A stretch of 61,750 nt of DNA, filler included, from Basidioascus undulatus (taxonomy: Eukaryota), in NCBI GenBank assembly GCA_000826855.1. It is 6 parts of 6 records of this genome, joined end to end, with 100 filler letters (N's around TTAATTAATTAA, not from the genome) between each part and the next. Parts side by side here need not be neighbours in the genome. Positions count along the whole stretch, not along the records: positions 1 to 26,838 come from JTLS01000178.1; positions 26,939 to 33,166 come from JTLS01001782.1; positions 33,267 to 39,491 come from JTLS01001783.1; 3 more parts are not named here. One strand, written 5' to 3'. A model generated the notes under the pieces. That model was not told where the DNA came from. It searched no databases and saw only the letters and a program-made list of their open reading frames with translations. Each line of letters opens with the position of its first letter. Within the stretch, counting starts at the first letter, position 1. Below are positions 24,615 to 37,571 of the stretch, one piece after another. A program made the position numbers and the translations under genes.

Positions 24615-25572
24615 ATGTCTCAAAGTTCGAGCACACCTTCAAGCGCCAAAGTCTCCCCACTCTTCCCGACCCGCACGGATCTTGCACTCCGCTAGTCGGA
24701 CAAAGTCCTTCACTACGTCGATCGTTTGCCTCTCGCAACAGGCTCCCCGTTCTTCCGATCAATGTTCGATCTGCCTCGTCCCTCGTCGGATACAGACTCC
24801 AAGCCACCGGCGAAGCGCCCGCGCGGGAACTCGAACGCCGCCGCGTTCGAGGAATCGTCGACGTCGAAGAGAAGGCAGCGTCCTCTAGCCCTTCCTGGTC
24901 TTGCTTGCGGGCTTTCTGAGCCACCGCACTTTGCCAATCACGCATCCAGTCGAGCGGTAGCCAAGGTGGCTGAGAAGTACGACGCGAGGATGGTCATCCA
25001 GGCACTACCCGGGCCAAGCCTCACCTTCGTTCGATCGTCTCCCTTCGACTTGTACGCGTTTGCAGCCCGCCACGGATGGGAATCGGAAGCCGTGTTCGCA
25101 TCTACTTTCACTCTCGATCACGATCTCGACACGCTCACGGTTGTGCAGTCGGATCTCATTCCCTCGGTCTATCTCCACCGAGCGCTTCTGTAGGGCGTCA
25201 GATTGAGCGTGAGGAGAGGTTAGGTCAGTGTGCCAAGGAAGCGCCGGCACTCGTTCACATTCCACCCTTCACCCACACCAATCACCACCGCCCAACATGC
25301 AGCCTCCCACCACCTCCTGGACCCGCCGGAACTAGCGGTTCTACCGCGTGTGCGGTCTACACGAGATGTCCGCCGCGGACGTCGAAGCCGAGAGGGCGCG
25401 TGCTGAAGCCAAGTGGAAAAAGGTCTTTGCCGAATTCGGCAGAGGGCTGTTGCGCGGAGAGATCTTCAAGTGCTACTGCGTTCCTGGGTACATGGGGAAG
25501 TGGGAGTTTGAGTTTGAGAAGGCGAAGGTGGACGCGCGGATGGCAGTTGTGAAGAAGGGTGCGTGCGGATAA
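24615..25572 (+). pseudogene. BTB/POZ-domain protein, disrupted
   Basis: SDKVLHYVDRLPLATGSPFFRSMFDLPRP, AEKYD and PFDLYAFAARHGWESEA are typical of basidiomycete BTB proteins. Frameshifts near 24665-24695, TAG at 25191, and the middle of the BTB fold seems to be missing. Confidence 0.65.
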
Positions 25573-26334
25573 GTGCTGCTGTCTGTGGTGCGGAGTGAGA
25601 GCGATGTGGGATGCTGATCGTGGCTAGTGTAATTTTCTTAGAACTTTGGATCCGCCGCAAGCATCGTCTGAAAGACCTGGGCCTCTGGCGTGGGGAACGG
25701 TCGCGGCAGGAATCGGGTGCATTCGTGGCCTCGTCCTCCTCGCATTGGCCGCCCTTGACCAGGACCACTTCGAGTGACAATTAATACCGAAATATTTAGC
25801 AACATTCTCGAGCCTCGTGAGGTTCCGTGTTCGTTGTTGCCCGCCCCTTCGCAGTCGATCTCGCGCGTCGCAGTCCTTCTGTCCTCTCCGCCTTCATCTC
25901 TGCATCTGGAGCAGCGGCGGCTTGCACGCGACGGTGAACCATGATGTTCTTGAATTCTAGGGTATCTATAGCAACTGCCATTCGCATGCTGGAGGATTTG
26001 GCAAGGAACCGGTGCACGTTGTTTGGACAAGTCCGGACTCAAGTTGCACTGGCACGCAGGCACTGCGCGGCACCAACATTTTTCTTTAGACTGTTTCAGA
26101 CTACAATGCACTGTCGTTTAAACAAAAGCTCTGTTGTATATTTTTGTTGTACCGAGCATTGGATGTCGAAGAATCATAGGTCTTTCAGGCCTGAACAAAT
26201 ATCTGGACAGTGTCCGAACCACCCTTCACCTTGCATTGTGGCTTCCAACACACGAGCCTACTGTAAACCTAACTTCTCAACGCCGAGCAACAATGCGCGT
26301 CCTCCGCTGCGACGCACATTCATTCCGACGCCTC

Positions 26335-26838
26335 TCAATGCCAGCTCTCGACCCTCCTCCTCACAACCTCCTCGACCTCCGCCCTCGCGAGCTCCTCCAC
26401 CCCCAGCTCCTCCAGCATCTCCCCCTTAGCCTTCTCCTCATCACCCCAAAGGACCCTACAAACCTGGGCGTACGTCCTCGTCCTTCCCCCCTCACCCGTG
26501 CCCCCCTCCTTCCCCACGGGCGGGAGCCCAAGCAAGCGCGCAGCCTCCCCGATCCTCCTCCACCCCGCCTTGCCCAGCCCGCCAGAGGCAAACACGAACG
26601 CGTCGACATCCGCGCGGAGTTGGAGCGCGCCTGCGTGGGTGAAGCGCGTGCGGCTGTGCAGGACTGCGCGGGCGAGGAGGAAGGACGAGAGCGAGGCGGC
26701 GATGCGCTTGGAGAGCGGGCGAGCGAGGTGAGGGGGGAGGAGGGAGGAGAGGTGCGTCAGGTGCGCGGAGAGGAGGGCGAAGGCGGGGATGAGCGCCGGG
26801 GTCGGGTTGGGGGGCGCTTTGCAGTGTCGTTCGCGACG
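26335..26838 (-). CDS. 3' end of a TIP20/RINT1-like tethering factor (5' part lost in the gap)
   Basis: RFTHAGALQLRADVDAF..WRRIGEAARLLGLP..LEELGVEELARAEVEEVVRRRVESWH* resembles the fungal RINT1_TIP1 C-terminus. Confidence 0.6.
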   Translation of the reverse strand, partial: RRERHCKAPPNPTPALIPAFALLSAHLTHLSSLLPPHLARPLSKRIAASLSSFLLARAVLHSRTRFTHAGALQLRADVDAFVFASGGLGKAGWRRIGEAARLLGLPPVGKEGGTGEGGRTRTYAQVCRVLWGDEEKAKGEMLEELGVEELARAEVEEVVRRRVESWH

Positions 26839-26938
26839 NNNNNNNNNNNNNNNNNNNNNNNNNNNNNNNNNNNNNNNNNNNNTTAATTAATTAANNNNNN
26901 NNNNNNNNNNNNNNNNNNNNNNNNNNNNNNNNNNNNNN
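26839..26938. other. Assembly linker/gap
   Basis: N44-TTAATTAATTAA-N44, with stops in all six frames. Confidence 0.99.
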
Positions 26939-27942
26939 AAGACGCACTGAGCGCAGCGGGGAAGGGCGACGTGTGCGAGAGGCGGTAGTCGATTGCGAGG
27001 GCGCAGTCGACTTTGCCGGTCTTAATCAGGTCGCGCGCGATCTTGGCCGTTCCGTCCTGTATACCCCAAGGCATCCCATCCCATCAGCCCCCGCTCCCCG
27101 GCACTCTCTCTCAACACCCACACACCTTCTCATGCGCGCTCCCCACCGCATAAGCCCCGCCATGCAAGCACAGCGCGACCCTCTCGCCGCCCTTCCTGCT
27201 CGGGACCCTAAACTCCTCCACCGCCCTCTGGTTCGAGAACCAGAATGCTGGAACAGGGGGGCACAGCGGCGGCTTGGGCGCGGCGGAGAAGGTCCGCTTC
27301 AGCGCGGGGCGCGTCGAGGGGATTCGGCGCGGACGGTACCGCCATCCTGGGGCGGGGCCGAGCGTCTTGCGCTCGCGGTCCCAGGTTGGACGGGTGCGCT
27401 CTACCTCCAGGGCGATTGCGTGCAGGCGGGTGGAGAGGAGCGAGGGTGGGAAGGAGGGGAGGAGGGCGAAGTGCGAATTCTGTGATTGGTCCTCCAGCTC
27501 AGCCCGGGCGCTCAAGAACACAGGGATCGGAGACAGAAAGCAGAGGAGGGAGGAAAGGGGGTGGAAGCGCACCTTAAGATCCCCCGGCAGCGGCTCCTCC
27601 GACAGGTCTCTACCGAGCGACTCGATCGCGAGCACAGCAACGAGGTGGCTCAGCTCCCTGCGCACGAGGACGATCAAGCTGCGCCGGAGCGTCCAAGTCT
27701 TGCGCGGCCGGGCGGCGGGGCGGAGATAGAAGGCTGCGTGGAGGGGCAGCAGAACGAGGAGGACGCGGAGGAGGAAGTACACCTGTGGGGGGGGTTGAGT
27801 CTACCGCTCTGACCTTGGGGAGGGCCTGAGCGTGGATCGAGAGACGCACGAGGTAGAGGACCCGGAAGAAACGGTGCTTCAGCAGCGGGTGCGGCTCCAC
27901 GGCTGCCTTGCGCAGGGCTTCGAAGGCGGATTGACTGCCCAT
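26939..27942 (-). CDS. Alpha/beta hydrolase-3 (HSL-like esterase), 5' part, truncated by the gap
   Basis: MGSQSAFEAL.., N-terminal hydrophobic segment, VALCLHGGAYAVGSA, ALAIDYRLSHTSPFPAAL. Confidence 0.85.
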
Positions 27943-30227
27943 CGTCGGTTGCTCGTCGAATAAGGTGGATCGAGTGCGAGTGGAGTGAGTGGCTTATCGC
28001 CAGATAACGAGCTCTTGCTTTCGAGCAGGCGTTTGAGTAGAGCAAATCCGAGTGAATGAGTGTCAGCTTTCGATGGATGGATGTATGCGAGGGTATAAGA
28101 GCGCTCTTGTTGTTGTGGATGGATGGAATGCAAAAGAGCGGCACGAGGAAGAGGAAGAAGGAGGGAACGAGGAAGCGGAGCAAAAGCGGCACACGACCAC
28201 TTTGCGCAAACTTGCACATGATTGCCCCTGGGGCGCTAACGCACCTCGCGTATGACGTCGCCAGGAACACGGAACTCCTTGGCCGAGAACCCGCGGGCGC
28301 CGGGCACTGCTTCCCTTTTTTTCGTTTGTTTGCAAGTTGGCAACAGTTGAATTTTCGCAGGAAGGAGAAGAGGTTGATGAGGATGAGGAGGTTTGAGCAC
28401 AAATGGAAGCGGACGCCGTACAGCCCTCCGCTCCGGATTAGCCCCCGCGCGGACACTCCAGCTTGCGCAACGACTTTTCACCAGCGTGTTTCCCGAACCT
28501 ACAGCCACAACACCCATTCCACATACACCGATTGGTTAGTTTGATTTGAACGTTCCCTTTGCGGACGGAGGGATTTGGAGCGAGGATTGCGCCAAGGGTG
28601 CACGTTCTCCTTTGCTCACCTCCAAGCAAGTGTACGAGCGCGCGGCCCATGACGAGGTTGCGCAATGGAAACCCGAGCTTCGGAACAACTACTTATTGTT
28701 GAGGGTCCGTAATACTTCATGTTATTTGCGCAGCTTGAAGCCCTGAGGAAGGACGACCGGTGCCTCGTTCCCGTTCCTCGCACGGGGGACGCTGAACCGC
28801 CTGAAAACGCAGAGCCGCAATCAATTCGAACGCGGCGTGGCCCGGAGCGTATTAAAACGAACACTCAGACGTACCGCAGCGGAAAATTGTTGGGACTTTG
28901 AGAAGGGATGATAATAGTAGAAAGCTAGCAGAGACATGTCTGCGAGCAGCGGCTTGGGTATCACATCCTGTCCAGATCTTTCCAAGCTTTGAAACCGACC
29001 TGCCTCTGGCATAAATTGCGAAGTAAATTTCGGGAACCAGTCTCGAGTCCAATGGGCCGTGGTGGGGTCGTCGTGCTGGACCGCACGCAGGTTGCCGTCT
29101 TACCCTCAGCGTCTCGCAGACCCGGCGCCGGCATTGGTCCTGCTGCGATCGCTGGTTGGACACTGTCAAAAGTCAGACAATGAGATGCCTCAGATACTTT
29201 TTATCTTGGAGAATGCGTTCGTTTGGGCTGGAAGAGGTCCGGCAACGGCGGTAGCTTGCTGTGCCCCCCTCATGCTCCGTGTCCCCTCGCCATGGCCCCG
29301 CACGAGTGAGAAGACAGAAACGCACCGCTTTGGTTTAGAGAAGGTACATGCGTGGACCACCGGCAGAATATTTCGGAATTTCAGGCACACTTGCCCAGAA
29401 ACGTGGCAACCAAAGCGGCAGAGCAGAGAGAAATAAACGCCTGCAAGTGGCCGAAACGGGTGATCACAGATCACACTGGACTGCCGCAGAGGGCACCAAG
29501 TCTCTCATAAGCTGGCCTGTCAGGCAACCAAAGGAGTTGCATAAATTTCATGTCCATAATGTGGAGTTTCTGTATAGATCTCCATCGCCGTAGCCGCGGG
29601 GACACTGGAGCGTCGGGAGAATGCGGATCCTGAAGCCACAAACTGTGGAATAGCGGTCGTACGACGGGGAGGGCATCATGAGGGAGAGTGGTGGGACAAA
29701 AATTTCTTTTCATTTTTCTCTCTTCGAAAACTGCCTGTAGAGATTGTGAGGTTGTCCACTCTGTGGGATCCGCTTTCTCTGGTCCCGAGAGCGGTTAGTA
29801 CCGGAGCGGCAGCTAACGGCCGCCAAGCAAAATATTGACCACGCTCACTGTGTATGTCAGTGGATAATGATGGTTGGGCTCCCCCGTCGGTCGTCTTAAT
29901 GGAGCTTCACAGGTCAAGGATGAGGAGGGGCGAGCCTCCTCATTCCCAGGTCCAAAAACACACACTCGCACTCGGTGATATATGTTCAGAAGAACACTCT
30001 ATTACACCCAAAACATGTTCCTGAACAGTCGGAACAGTCGGAACATGCAACAGTGGACGCTTGAACGACAATCGGCGGCTGGCGAACGGTTGTGCTCACT
30101 GGGTGCGCCCTGCCGTCTCAGATCCTTGCTTCCGCCCTCCATCTTCACTTCTGCCGTCGTCTAAATCACCGATTTACCCTCCTGGAGGATCACCATCATC
30201 TATCACTCTATTACTCCAGAGCCCGAC

Positions 30228-30605
30228 ATGGACGTGAGCAACCCGACATGGACGGCGCGCGACGAGCGTGTTCATCACCTCTACGGGCTCGGATCCGTCA
30301 CAGTCGCCTCGCTTGAGGCGGATCTCGATCGCGAGTTCTCCTAGATCGCCGCATGGTGCTGGGGGAAAGCCTTGAGAACATTCCCGTGGATTCAGTGGGC
30401 GTGTACATCTCGGTGGAGCGTGGCGTTCGATAGGGAATGGCGGAAAGCGTGTTTTCCGCTTGAGGTGGCCAACTTGAAGCTCAGTAAGCCGGATTCCTTG
30501 GTTATTGAACTCGGTAGGCTCTTACGTCGGAGTCATTGGGGGCATACAGACTTGCGACGGCGTTTGGGACAGGCGCTTGCAGCTGCTCGGAAAGTTCCGC
30601 GGTGA
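30228..30605 (+). pseudogene. Small intronless orphan ORF with one in-frame TAG
   Basis: MDVSNPTWTARDERVHHLY..DREFS*IAAWCWGKALRTFPW..KVPR*. A single TAG at 30342 interrupts a 126-codon frame that follows a pyrimidine-rich 5' leader. Confidence 0.35.
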
Positions 30606-31721
30606 GGCGTCACGCACGATCCAAGTGAGCACTTGCTCTTATTGCTTTCGAGGTGACGTCCTTCTTCAAATCACCTGATTACTCTGAATTACAGTCGAAT
30701 GTGACGCTGAGACCTCGGGACCACTGCAACTCGCACCCACTCCGCCGACGGCACCTGTGCGCCCGCCCTCTCCGCCCCGGGATGCTCGCCTCATCTCTGC
30801 TCCACAGCCAAAGGGCAGAGACGTCGTCCCACTTCCCCAATACTCAGTCTCTCCGCAACCGCCGAGTTTATTCTCATGCCTCTTCGTGATGATTGCTTTG
30901 TTACCCGTACCCATTTCGACGGGCGTTACCACGAGCATAGCGAAGGTGTTCTTCTTCGTGTGGCGGTGTTGGTAGGCGGGCGCGTATATGTATGTTGGAA
31001 ACATTTTGTGTCATTCACCAGTTGTGCTCCGGCATCGAGATCAATCGCCTGTACTTTCGCCTGCACTGCTCTGGCCTGATACGCAACGACTACACCATCC
31101 CATTGAGCTGACGTATCTGAAATGTGTTACACATTGTCTTGAAAAATTGCGGTACCTTTTTGTTCGACACTGAGAACGTGTTGTCCAAGGTCAGTCGTCT
31201 GGAGGCCTAGGTGTTCCTCAGTGTTCCTCACCGCTACGGTAAGAGGAGCCCCCTCATCAATAACCTCCATGACAACATTGCGCATGAACTTGAATGGCCC
31301 ACAGAAGCATTATCAGGTGCCTAACTGCCTCTTTTGATTAAGAGGACCGACATCGTCGCAGTAGTATACTTGACAAGATGTTGACTGGGATGGGTTTCCA
31401 AGTTTATTACCCTACGCGGTCTGTTGCTTCGTCTCGCTTTGCTCCCGATTATTACTAAGTGAACGTGCCTTCCGAGGACCGACAAAGTCGCCGTAGTAAT
31501 ACAAGGTGTTGAGTGCGTTGGTTTACTGCGTTGGTTGGTTTACTGCTTTGCTTTCCAAAGTCCGTCAGTACGCGGTCTGTTGCTCCAACTCGTTTTGCTC
31601 CCGATTATCACGAACTGAACGTGCCGTCCAATGTAACAAGTTGTATTCCTCAATATATAAGCGCACAAGGTCAGGCTCTATCACTCGCTCATTTCATACA
31701 TCTTCTCCCGTCCTCATCGCT

Positions 31722-32602
31722 ATGGTCAGCAAGGCCCGCCCGCTCCGGTCGACGACATCGCCCTCCATGACCTCGGCACATCGACAAAACCAATCTTCCA
31801 CCGACACTGACAACATCTCTCCCTCTGGCGACCGCCGTCCGTCTGGGGACAATCCTTCCAACCCTTCCGGCTCCGACGGGACTTCAACCCCCGCCAACAA
31901 CGAGACTTCGGGGACACGCATTCTGCGCTGTGAGTCGGGGATCGAAAACTTGGGAAATGGGGTGACCGTAGGTTGAAAGAGGGGAGGGAGGTCTGTCTTT
32001 GAGAGCTTGACTCGAGCCTCACAGTTATCGCTCGCATCTTTAGCACGGCTTTGCTGACCACCCATTCAGCACTCCCACTAGACTGGAAATACCTCTTTTC
32101 GGCTGTCCTCCTCCTCGCGCGCCTTGGCGTCCTGAGCGGTGACTTTTGCGAGGAGTCTTACTGGGCACCGGTGGTAGAACTGGTTGGTTGGGCTGTCATG
32201 CGGCTGCTCATCGGGCTGGGCGCGTTGGGAATACTGTGGGATAGCAAGCAGAGAGCGTGGAGGAATGACGCAGCGGAGGGTAGGTTATTCTGACCTATCA
32301 GATGCCTATACCGTGATTGACTTTATCCCTTCCGTTCAGATGGTCGGGAGAAATGGCTGAGCAGGTACTTGATAGTGGTGCAGGCTTTCTGTTGGGTGTC
32401 CGGTTGTCTCGATCTTTGGTGTTTCTATATTTGGGGCATCATGTCACCTTCAGGCTCAGTTGAGGGGAAGGATTTCGACTTGATCCACACCGGAAAGACT
32501 AACTGCTTCACTCTACTTGTACGGCAGCTCACCGAGGTGATGGCGGGCGTCGGATTCAACGGTGTTTTCGGTATGGCATGCGCCCTTGGCGCGTTTATGT
32601 AG
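31722..32602 (+). CDS. Orphan multi-pass membrane protein, 3 exons (31722-31929, 32025-32279, 32340-32602), about 241 aa
   Basis: TATATAA near 31654. Both GT..AG introns keep the frame open. Disordered Ser/Thr-rich N-terminus followed by about four hydrophobic segments. Confidence 0.7.
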
Positions 32603-33166
32603 ACCTCCTGTCGCCCTCAACCCCCTTTTCCCCCCCGTTGCTTTGGTGTGGATTGGTTAATTAGTGCCATTATTTCTAGGATGAACTTGCCGAGGCAGGC
32701 CGCCTCCATGAGAGAACAGCGCGAAAATCATAGAGAGGGTTGACTATCAGGAAACAAAAGGTGTTGCATTTGGTTGAAATCAGTGTTGAATTTGGTACCG
32801 TCAGCATTACCGCGTTAAGCCACACGAAATTAATGATGCTTGCACGAAACGGTGGCTTTGTTAAACGCCCGCAGCGTCTGCGCAAGTTGGTGCCGTGATT
32901 GCACCGTACTGATTGTGATACACTCGAAATGCCGATCGTGATACTCTTAAATAAATTATAGGCCACGTCGCCGGGATTTCGTGTAAAAGATTTGCTGGGA
33001 AGCCCCGGAGACCACAGGTTGTGTCATAAATATTATGCCGTCTTCGGTTGGTGCGCAGCTCAAGACCAAGCAGCAGATAGTTCCAAGCACATGTTGGGGT
33101 TGTCACCTCAAAAAGGAAGGGAGAAAACAGGTCCGTGCTGTTCAGGATTTACATACCCGCATCCTC

Positions 33167-33266
33167 NNNNNNNNNNNNNNNNNNNNNNNNNNNNNNNNNN
33201 NNNNNNNNNNTTAATTAATTAANNNNNNNNNNNNNNNNNNNNNNNNNNNNNNNNNNNNNNNNNNNN
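33167..33266. other. Assembly linker/gap
   Basis: N44-TTAATTAATTAA-N44. Confidence 0.99.
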
Positions 33267-35186
33267 CCGGAGGACTCGTACAAGCACCGCGACGGCCTCT
33301 CGGTGCAGGAGCTCATCGACTCGCGCGCCCACGGCGGGCTCACGTACAACGACTTCCTCATCCTTCCCGGCCACATCAACTTTGATGCCGCGACCGTGAG
33401 CCTTGAGAGCCGCGTGACGCGCAACGTCGTCCTCCGCACCCCGTTCATGTCCAGCCCCATGGACACCGTCACGGAGGAGAACATGGCTATCGCGATGGCG
33501 GTGCGTCTTCTCTTTCCCGAGTCTTTGTTTTTTGTGTGATGGGAAGGCAGGCGTGTTGACTGGGACGCGCGTGGGGGAACAGCTCCTCGGTGGTATTGGT
33601 GTCATCCACCACAACAACTCTGCCGCCGAGCAGGCCGACATGGTCCGCAAGGTCAAGAAGTTCGAGAACGGCTTCATCACCGACCCTGTCTGCCTGCGCC
33701 CGGACGACACCGTCGAGGACGTCCTGGACATCAAGGAGTCCCTTGGCTACTCTGGCATCCCCGTCACCGGTGCGTCTCTTCCTCCCTCGCATATGGCAAT
33801 CGCCCGCTTGATGCTCAATCTCCGCGCTCTTTCAAGAGAACGGCCAGCTTTTCAGCAAGCTCGTCGGCATCGTCACCGCGCGCGACATCCAGTTCCGGGA
33901 CCCGACCACGCCGCTCGCGGAGGTGATGACGACCGAGCTCGTGACGGGCAAGAGCGGGATTACGCTCGAAGAGGCGAACCAGATCCTGCGCGTGTCCAAG
34001 AAGGGCAAGCTCCCGCTCGTGGACGAGCAGGGCCGGCTCGTCTCGCTCGTCGCGCGCTCGGACCTGCTCAAGAACCAGGACTACCCGCTCGCGTCCAAGC
34101 ACCCGCTCACGAAGCAGCTCTACTGCGCCGCGGCGATCGGTACGCGCCCCGCGGACCGCGAGCGCCTGAAGCTCCTTGTTGAGGCCGGCCTCGACGTCGT
34201 CGTCCTCGACTCGAGCCAGGGCAACTCGATCTACCAGATCGACATGATCCAGTGGATCAAGTCCACCTTCCCCGACCTCGAGGTCATCGCCGGCAACGTC
34301 GTCACCCGCGAGCAGGCCGCACAGCTCATTGCCGCTGGCGCGGACGGTCTCCGTGTCGGTATGGGCTCTGGCTCGATCTGCATTACCCGTGCGTCCCTTC
34401 GACATCCTTCCCCTTACTGTCCTTCCACGCGCGCCAGATTGACGCGCTTTCTCTCTTATAGAGGAGGTCATGGCTGTCGGGCGCCCCCAGGGCACGGCCG
34501 TCTACGCTGTCGCCGAGTTCGCGCGCCAGTTCGGCGTCCCCGTCATCGCCGACGGCGGCATCGGCAACGTCGGCCACATCGCCAAGGCGATCGCGCTCGG
34601 CGCGTCCGCTGTCATGATGGGTGGTCTCCTCGCGGGCACGAGCGAGTCCCCCGGCGAGTACTTCTACCACGAGGGCAAGCGCGTCAAGGCATACCGCGGC
34701 ATGGGCTCCATTGTTCGTTCATCCTTCCTTTCCGTCTTCCTTCTCCTGCCCATCAGTGTGCGATGCTGAAGTCGCTCTCTTCTGATGTTACAGGAGGCGA
34801 TGGAGCACACTCGCTCCTCCGCGAGCAAGCAGAAGACGGCGAACGGCAAGCGCGCTGCCGCCGCGGGCAAGCGGCGGGCGATGTCGACGGTGGGCAAGCC
34901 TGCCGAGAACGCCGCGACGTCGCGCTACTTCTCCGAGGCGGACGCGGTCAAGGTCGCGCAGGGCGTGTCGGGCGACGTCGCGGACAAGGGGTCCGTCAAA
35001 AAGTTCCTGCCGTACCTACACACGGGCTTGCAGCACTCGCTCCAGGACATGGGCGAGCACAGCATCGGCGAGATGCAGCAGGCCGTCGTCGACGGAAAGG
35101 TCCGCTTCGAGCTCCGCACCGCCAGCGCCCAGGTCGAGGGGGGCGTCCACGGCCTCAACTCGTACACCAAGCGCTTGTTCGCTTAA
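33267..35186 (+). CDS. IMPDH: Inosine-5'-monophosphate dehydrogenase (5' truncated by the gap)
   Basis: [25 protein letters not shown] domains, DSSQGNS, catalytic [34 protein letters not shown], ending [12 protein letters not shown]. Confidence 0.98.
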
Positions 35187-35846
35187 GCGCCGAGCCGCTT
35201 CCCCCTTTTCCCTTTTCCCCGCATCTTCTCCCCCCCTTCACTCCTTTCCCCTGCCTACCCGCCGCAAATCCGGAACCCCTTGGACTCCCTTCCCCCGGAT
35301 TTTTTTCTCTCCCCGCCCCTCCCGAGAACGCTCTTCCATCCTCCCCACATTTTCAGGCTTGCCCAACAGCCCGTGTACCAATTCCCCACTTTGTTTTCTC
35401 CTTTCCTTTTTGCACTTACGATATTGGGCTTTTTTCTTGGATGCATGATACGACTAGATGCTACGATCGCATTCTTGGGCTGGTGAGGGCTTTGGCTTGC
35501 CGCTTGGCATACGCGTGTGCATGGGCTCGCACCGCTACCAGTTCGACAGAGCAGGCGTACACAACTCCAATCATTTTCTATGATCACTAACGTGTATATC
35601 GGTCCCTCGACCAGCCGCTTTGTGCCCATGCGAAAAGGCCAAGCATCTCGAAGCATTTGGCAGCGTCGATTATTGGTGTCGCAAGGCGTCGAAGTTCACG
35701 CCCGATCCGCGGACACCCGTCGGTGTGCCGAGCGCTGCCGCCCCTGACGGACCTGACTTCGCCCTCGATCGCAAGTTGACCTGCCACCTTGCCCTCATCC
35801 TCAACCTCCTCCTTTCTCTGCGCTCCTGCCCTTCAGCTCCCACAAA

Positions 35847-36496
35847 ATGCGTCTGCGGCGGCACCTCCTCCCGCTCCTCCTCCTTTCGCTCTTGTTTGGC
35901 GTCGCCCTGGCCCAAGACAACAACGACAACAACGACTCCTCGAGCGCGTCCGAGTCGCAGTCCCAGTCGCAGTCCCAGTCCGCCTCCGCAACGCACACAG
36001 GCGACAACAACGATTCGAGTACTGCAAGCGCGAGCGCGACAGGCAACCGGGGGAACAACACGTCCTCCGAGGGGAGCCGCACCTCGTACTCGTGGTCCTT
36101 CAGCGTCTTCACCTCCGGCAGCCACACCTCCACCGCATCCTTCTCCGTCGCCGTCACCCAGTCCGCAAGCAAGAACGCGACGCGCCAGACGCTCGCACCG
36201 GAGATGTCTGCGGCTGCGAGTAGGTCCTCCCTCCCTTCTCCCCTCACCGCCTTCTCTTTCCCCTCCTCCCCTTCCTTGGCTTGCTGCCTTCCCTCGTCTT
36301 CCCTTGGTATCGTGCTAACAACTCTCATGATGGACAGCTCGCGCCGCACCAAACGTCGGCGGTTCATCGATCAACAACGGCCCGGACGACAGCTGGATCG
36401 GCACGTCCGGTGCGGAGCGCGGCGTCGCGCTCGCGGCGGGCTTCGCGGTCGGCGCGGGCGTGCTGGGTGGCGTGTGGATTGGCGTCGGGCCTGTGA
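35847..36496 (+). CDS. Secreted Ser/Thr/Asn-rich, probably GPI-anchored protein, 2 exons
   Basis: Signal peptide MRLRRHLLPLLLLSLLFGVALA, Ser-rich body, and C-terminal ..GTSGAERGVALAAGFAVGAGVLGGVWIGVGL* typical of a GPI signal. Confidence 0.75.
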
Positions 36497-37408
36497 TGGG
36501 GTGGTAGGGGAGGACGGGCGGTCATGGACGTTTCTTTCTTCCCCTACCCTACGGACTTCCTTCGTTTCCCATCAGCACACTCGGTTTAACCTTCACACGT
36601 ACTGTGCGCGGCGCTCACCCTCATCTTTACGGACACCTTCATCCTTTGTTTACCCCAGCACATGTTATCATGCCCCTTGGCCAGTTCGTCCAGGTCGATC
36701 CAAACGACCACACCCTCTCATCCTCGCGCGATTCTTTTGAGCCCTTCGTTTCCGCCCGCTCGTCTCATGTCCCTCTCTCCCTTCGACCCCGTACTGTAAC
36801 GCTCTTCCTTGACATTGTCCCCATCGCATATCCCTGCTACTATCTAGCAGGATGGTTACTCGTGCTGAGTCTTCTTCGTAACAGTACAACGTGGCTATCT
36901 TCGGCTCAAGGAGTGCTGAGCGGGACCAGCCTGCTCGCTGAAGTCATCGATCATGAAGCCAAGCGATGCTTGCAGCGTCCTTGTGCACTCAGCTGCCACA
37001 GGTCCATCCCAAGACCGCTGAGCTGCGATGCGGCAGACTTGCTTGCCTAGGCGACCCTCCCAAGTCTTGGGTGTTGAAGTGTTCGGAAGTCTCAATGCTC
37101 ATTGCTGGCGGTCTATCATACGCTCCAAGAGTAAGCGCACATGCGCAGTGGCAGTCGTCGGAGCATCCCTGGGCTTTCGGAGTCCGTCTCTATGTACAAG
37201 GATTTCCGTTCACGAGCGCAGTTCAGTCTCTACAAGATTCGCCTAGACAACAAGGTTTACGAAGGCCCATTTTCGCCCGCTTACACGACAAAGAGGACAC
37301 ACGATGCGCCAGAGTATGTCAGAAAAAGCAAAAGTCCATTTCAACGACACTCGCGGTATACATGCAAAAGCGGCAAGAGTCCAGCCCTCGCCACCCTCCC
37401 CTCCCACA

Positions 37409-37538
37409 TCAGTACGGTCTATTTGCCGCGCCAAAGCTCTGCGGGTAGGGCACATGGTGCTGGGGCGCGCCGCCCATCCCGAACGCCGCGCCCGTCGCCT
37501 GCGGGTACGTGCCGGCGTTACCGAACTCTGGGAAGCCC

Positions 37539-37571
<33 letters not shown>

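Noticed and set aside
26883..26894. TTAATTAATTAA palindrome recurring five times
   Set aside because: It is an artificial six-frame-stop assembly linker embedded in Ns.
5377..30344. Stop-codon reassignment (TAR = Gln) as the explanation for the in-frame stops
   Set aside because: RFC1 and the Mcp2-like gene end in TAG and IMPDH ends in TAA. Conserved genes show no internal TAR, and most disrupted genes also carry frameshifts.
33267..35186. IMPDH as a mycophenolate self-resistance gene of a biosynthetic cluster
   Set aside because: The active-site motifs are canonical and there are no PKS or prenyltransferase genes nearby.
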